From Escherichia phage BF17, in sequence record MW822008.1: a DNA stretch of 64,000 bases; one strand, 5' to 3'. The notes under the pieces were generated by a model. The model saw only the letters and a program-made list of their open reading frames with translations. It was not told where the DNA came from and ran no database searches. The translations under genes were made by a program, and so were the position numbers. This document shows, piece after piece, positions 60,330-64,000 of this stretch. The stretch's first letter is position 1; every line of letters begins with the position of its first letter.

Positions 60330-60725
60330 TTACAAAGATGATACAGAATAGGTAGCCATTCTGTTGTTACTTCTTGCATCAAAAACTATAGTTAATTCTT
60401 CAAGAGTATTGAGAACAACATATTCAAGTACTATATCCATCTGATAACCGTACTCAATTCTTGATATTTGAAGTTTCTTTAAGCTTAAACGTGGGTCCAA
60501 GCTAATAATTCTACGGGCATCTGCTTCCAAAAGGTTGATTGTATTATAACCATCCAATTCAAATAGCAAATCCCACGCAATGAACCCATAATCAGCATCA
60601 AATGCACGTTCACCTTTTTTTGTATTGAAATGATTCATTAAATCCTGACGAACCAATTCACTGTCATACAATGTTTCAGTTCTTCCAACTACTGGAGTTG
60701 AAAAACCTTTAAAAACAATTGCCAT
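60330..60725 (-). CDS. baseplate wedge protein gp25-like
   Basis: TKKGERAFDADYGFIAWDLLFE matches T4 gp25 TRKGSRPFDPEFGCDLSDQLFE (recalled); 131 aa vs 132. Confidence 0.8.
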   Translation of the reverse strand: MAIVFKGFSTPVVGRTETLYDSELVRQDLMNHFNTKKGERAFDADYGFIAWDLLFELDGYNTINLLEADARRIISLDPRLSLKKLQISRIEYGYQMDIVLEYVVLNTLEELTIVFDARSNNRMATYSVSSL

Positions 60726-60740
60726 TATGTGTTTCCTTTA

Positions 60741-61229
60741 TTATACGGATTCGACGATGCGAGCCATCTTCTCCGCTCTGGATGTGGTTTGTTTGTACCA
60801 CGAACTATCACGCATTTCTTTACCAGCAGTTTTATAATCCCCACGACCGAGAGCAGCCATCGCTTTTTTGAAATTTAAAACTTTTGATTTACCCATTTGG
60901 AACACCATAAACCACAATACACGCTGAACCTGTACTGGAGCAGTCATTCCAAATTGATCATAGATTGATTTTGCGTCATTGTAAGCGGTCTGAGCATCTT
61001 TTATAAGGAGAGCATCAGCTTCTGCTTCAGTGAGTCCATTTTTGAAACTTTCACCCTTAAGTACAAGGTGACCGTAACCAATGGTATCAAGACCTAGACT
61101 GTCTTTATATACCCAAAACTTATCATTTTTAAAATAACCAAGTTTTTTCTGATACGCAATAGTACCTTCAAATTCTTTAATTTCTTTAAAAAATTGTTCG
61201 TCGGTATTTTTGATTTCCCATTTACTCAT
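60741..61229 (-). CDS. endolysin, T4-lysozyme family (GH24)
   Basis: EFEG...YKDSLGLDTIGYGH with Glu/Asp/Thr at T4L positions E11/D20/T26; MVFQMGKSKV and SSWYKQTTSRAEKMA motifs. Confidence 0.85.
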   Translation of the reverse strand: MSKWEIKNTDEQFFKEIKEFEGTIAYQKKLGYFKNDKFWVYKDSLGLDTIGYGHLVLKGESFKNGLTEAEADALLIKDAQTAYNDAKSIYDQFGMTAPVQVQRVLWFMVFQMGKSKVLNFKKAMAALGRGDYKTAGKEMRDSSWYKQTTSRAEKMARIVESV

Positions 61230-61266
61230 AAAGATTTCCTCATTATTATTTATAGTACTGAAATAT

Positions 61267-63930
61267 TTATTGACATGCCTCTAATCTACGTGCCATTAAT
61301 TCAGCACGGCGTGTAGTTTGACGATACCAAGCTGAATTTCGAATTTGAGCAGCAGCTTGCTTGTAGTTACCTTTAGCCATTTCAGATAGCATTGACTTAA
61401 ATTTCATTACACCACCTTTACCCATCTGGAATACCATTTGACATAGAACTTGTTGTGCCATGTAAGGTGTTTTCATCTTATAAGAAGCGTAAATGGATTT
61501 TGCGTCATATATAGCCTTACTACTATCACGCACCAACATATCATTGGCTTCCTGTTCGGTAATCCCACCAGAGAAGTTTTCACCACCAACAATCAAGTGA
61601 CCGTAACCAATAGTTGGGAATCCACGACTATCCAAATATCTCCAAAATTTACCATTGCGGTAATATCCTTTAGCTTGTTGATACGCCATTGTTCCTTCAT
61701 ATTCTTTCAATTCAGAAATAAATTGTGAATCACCCGGAACAACTTTCCAATCAATTGCAGTCTTATCAACATTACCCACATTGTATGATTCTTGTGCAGT
61801 AGGTGCTGGAGTACCCCCTGAACGTTGTGTTCTTCTACGACGAGGGACATGACGAGAACCACGTTGAGAATACCCAGTACCGATAGTTTTAATTTTAGTT
61901 GTTACAACTAATTCATCACTATCAACAGAAGGTTGAACAACAGCTTTCGGTGCTGCTTGGTTCGTTGCTTGTCCTGCAATTAATGTTTTATTTCCCGCTT
62001 CAGAACCTGTACCAGTCTGGGATGCATAGAATAATCCAGGGTCAACTGAACCACTAAATCCTAGTACGTTGGCAGAGGTAACTCTTATTTCAAATTGAAT
62101 AACACCATTAGCTTTACCGATAACTTGACCTTTTTGAACAACGTCTTTATTGAGCAAATCTGATTGAATATTATAAAATACAGATTTATATCCAGACTTA
62201 TGTTGAACCAATAAAGCACCATTAGTGATAACAACTACACCGCCATCTGGAGCTACAACATCACCCTTGCACTGTATTTCCCAGCCACTTCTATCAGCTT
62301 TACCACCACCACTTGTCGGGACACCTTTCCCCCAATAACCGTATTGGCGAATGGTTCCACTACACGGCATGAACATATGAAGACCTTCATACGTAATGCT
62401 ATAACCAGTCATACCAGGATCAGAAGTCATTAAATCTTGTGTTTGAACTTGTTCTGTTTCTGTTGTATAATTTACATATTGAATTGCTTCAGTGTCCTGT
62501 ACTGGAGCTAAAGTTGGAGCTACATCATTAGCAGGTTCAGGTTGAACTGGGGATTCACTATTCCCACTACCACCACCTTGACGTGGAGGTTCAACAGTAC
62601 TGCCGTGATTCTCAGCATCAACCCAAGCCGATATATCATGTATATGATCATTCAAGCCAGCAGATGGGGTGCGGAAGTTTGGTGCATTAAATTCAGCAGT
62701 ACCACTATTACCACCACTGTTAACAGTAAGAGTTTGACCACCACCACTAATAATAGCTGATGAAGAACCAATAAGATTAGCACTGGTAGCAGCAGAGATT
62801 GACGCATTAGAACCAGCAGTTATATCAGTACTGCTACCACTTTGCATACGTAATGAAGCTGCTGTTACTAAACGTAAATCTGCTCCAGCGTTAATAACAA
62901 CCTGACCACCAACTTTAGCATCCAATGCACCAACCAAATCTAGTTTAGTGTTTGCACCAACACGAGCATTGAAGTCTGCTCCACTTTCAATATTATATGA
63001 GCGTCCAGCAACCATGTTAATATCTTGACCTGCACGAATGTTAATATTCTTATCACAGTGCATTTCAATATCACCTTCACCAGTGAATTTAATACGTGCA
63101 GTACCATCACGGTTAATTAAAAGAACATCACCAGAGGCTTCAGATAACAACAACTGTGCACCACTACGTGTTTTAATTACAACGCCTTCATTTTTACGAG
63201 AACCAACACGAGTATCGTTCACTGGGTTATTGAATTGGGTATCCTGATAACCATCTGGATCTTGATCCCATGTAGGTGCTGTTAATTCTTCTTCTGTGTA
63301 ACCATCATCAATAATAAAACTGTTACCACGAGGTGAGGAAAGACCATAAACAGTACTGGTGGTCTGGCGAGTACTGCTACGGTTAGCAACACCCGCTTCC
63401 TCATCATAAAGTAAGTTTTGTTTTTTCAGACCTGCAATAATTGGAACGTTTGCATATTTGTCTTGAGTACTGGTAGAAATTGTATTACGGTCATAATCAG
63501 TTACGGGTAATGGCATATCAGTACCAGCATAGTTGCTTATTTCAGTAGCCATCCCAGGAACCATCGTATTCATACGTTGGTCATAAACACAACCAATCCA
63601 ATACGCTTGGAATGTTCTTGCTTGTGCAAATATAACAACAACAGTACATCCGACATCAGGTGGAACCGCCCAAAAACCATATCCCTTTGGATATTGACCA
63701 TAAGCATCAGCACTTGGTATCCCTGGAGTTTTGCCAGCGAATGGAGACATGTATGATGCTTCAATCCATGACTCTTTTGAATTTTTATCACTTTGTGAAC
63801 CTTGAATCCACACTTTTAGCTTACCGGATTTAGTTGGGTCACGGTTATCCATCACGGTTGCTAGTTGTGGGTACGAAGGGTCAAAACGACCCAACTGTTG
63901 TTGGGCATATTTCTTACTTGTATCTGCCAT
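61267..63930 (-). CDS. baseplate central spike with C-terminal lysozyme domain and degenerate M23-like domain
   Basis: N-terminal OB-type region (KLKVWIQG...WIEASYMSPFAG...YWIGCVY), central beta-helical repeats, M23-like block lacking conserved His, C-terminal GH24 domain (EYEG...YLDSRGFPTIGYGH). Confidence 0.7.
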   Translation of the reverse strand: MADTSKKYAQQQLGRFDPSYPQLATVMDNRDPTKSGKLKVWIQGSQSDKNSKESWIEASYMSPFAGKTPGIPSADAYGQYPKGYGFWAVPPDVGCTVVVIFAQARTFQAYWIGCVYDQRMNTMVPGMATEISNYAGTDMPLPVTDYDRNTISTSTQDKYANVPIIAGLKKQNLLYDEEAGVANRSSTRQTTSTVYGLSSPRGNSFIIDDGYTEEELTAPTWDQDPDGYQDTQFNNPVNDTRVGSRKNEGVVIKTRSGAQLLLSEASGDVLLINRDGTARIKFTGEGDIEMHCDKNINIRAGQDINMVAGRSYNIESGADFNARVGANTKLDLVGALDAKVGGQVVINAGADLRLVTAASLRMQSGSSTDITAGSNASISAATSANLIGSSSAIISGGGQTLTVNSGGNSGTAEFNAPNFRTPSAGLNDHIHDISAWVDAENHGSTVEPPRQGGGSGNSESPVQPEPANDVAPTLAPVQDTEAIQYVNYTTETEQVQTQDLMTSDPGMTGYSITYEGLHMFMPCSGTIRQYGYWGKGVPTSGGGKADRSGWEIQCKGDVVAPDGGVVVITNGALLVQHKSGYKSVFYNIQSDLLNKDVVQKGQVIGKANGVIQFEIRVTSANVLGFSGSVDPGLFYASQTGTGSEAGNKTLIAGQATNQAAPKAVVQPSVDSDELVVTTKIKTIGTGYSQRGSRHVPRRRRTQRSGGTPAPTAQESYNVGNVDKTAIDWKVVPGDSQFISELKEYEGTMAYQQAKGYYRNGKFWRYLDSRGFPTIGYGHLIVGGENFSGGITEQEANDMLVRDSSKAIYDAKSIYASYKMKTPYMAQQVLCQMVFQMGKGGVMKFKSMLSEMAKGNYKQAAAQIRNSAWYRQTTRRAELMARRLEACQ

Positions 63931-64000
63931 CTTAAATTATTCCTTATTCAATTATACTATCGTGACGTTTGAGTGCACGAATTACAATTGCAGCCTGAAT

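Noticed and set aside
61230-61266. T4-type late promoter TATAAATA upstream of the endolysin gene (minus strand)
   Set aside because: The motif ends only ~13 nt before the start codon and overlaps the RBS, leaving no room for a transcribed leader; likely chance in AT-rich sequence.

Overview
This window reads as a contiguous segment of a large, AT-rich, contractile-tailed phage genome with no bacterial housekeeping genes. All calls are made by eye from the sequence and the ORF track; no database search was run. Genes carry strong GGAG-type ribosome-binding sites, and intrinsic terminators sit at most operon boundaries, including six points where convergent transcription units meet. Layout: (1) 1-3.7 kb, small accessory genes including a TARG1/DarG-like macro-domain protein and a dNMP-kinase-like P-loop protein; (2) 3.7-9.5 kb, tail sheath (887 aa) and two paralogous putative tube proteins; (3) 9.5-14.9 kb, acidic, coiled-coil and repeat proteins of unknown function; (4) 14.9-20.6 kb, a MoxR-type AAA+ ATPase plus vWA/HExxH protein pair behind a tandemly duplicated promoter, then thymidylate synthase; (5) 20.6-38.6 kb, minus-strand receptor-binding module with two giant paralogous repeat fibres (1906 and 1638 aa), a pectate-lyase-like tailspike and a collagen-like fibre protein; (6) 38.7-44.3 kb, unknown proteins and a Nudix hydrolase; (7) 44.4-46.7 kb, a ClpA-like double-ring AAA+ unfoldase on its own promoter; (8) 46.7-63.9 kb, minus-strand baseplate operon with a spike carrying a C-terminal lysozyme domain, a paralogous free endolysin, gp25-like and gp6-like wedge proteins and a 3333-aa giant protein. 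No capsid, portal, terminase, tape-measure or replication genes, tRNAs, CRISPR arrays or integrases were seen. The strongest candidates for undescribed biology are the phage-borne ClpA homologue, the MoxR-vWA pair and the macro-domain protein.
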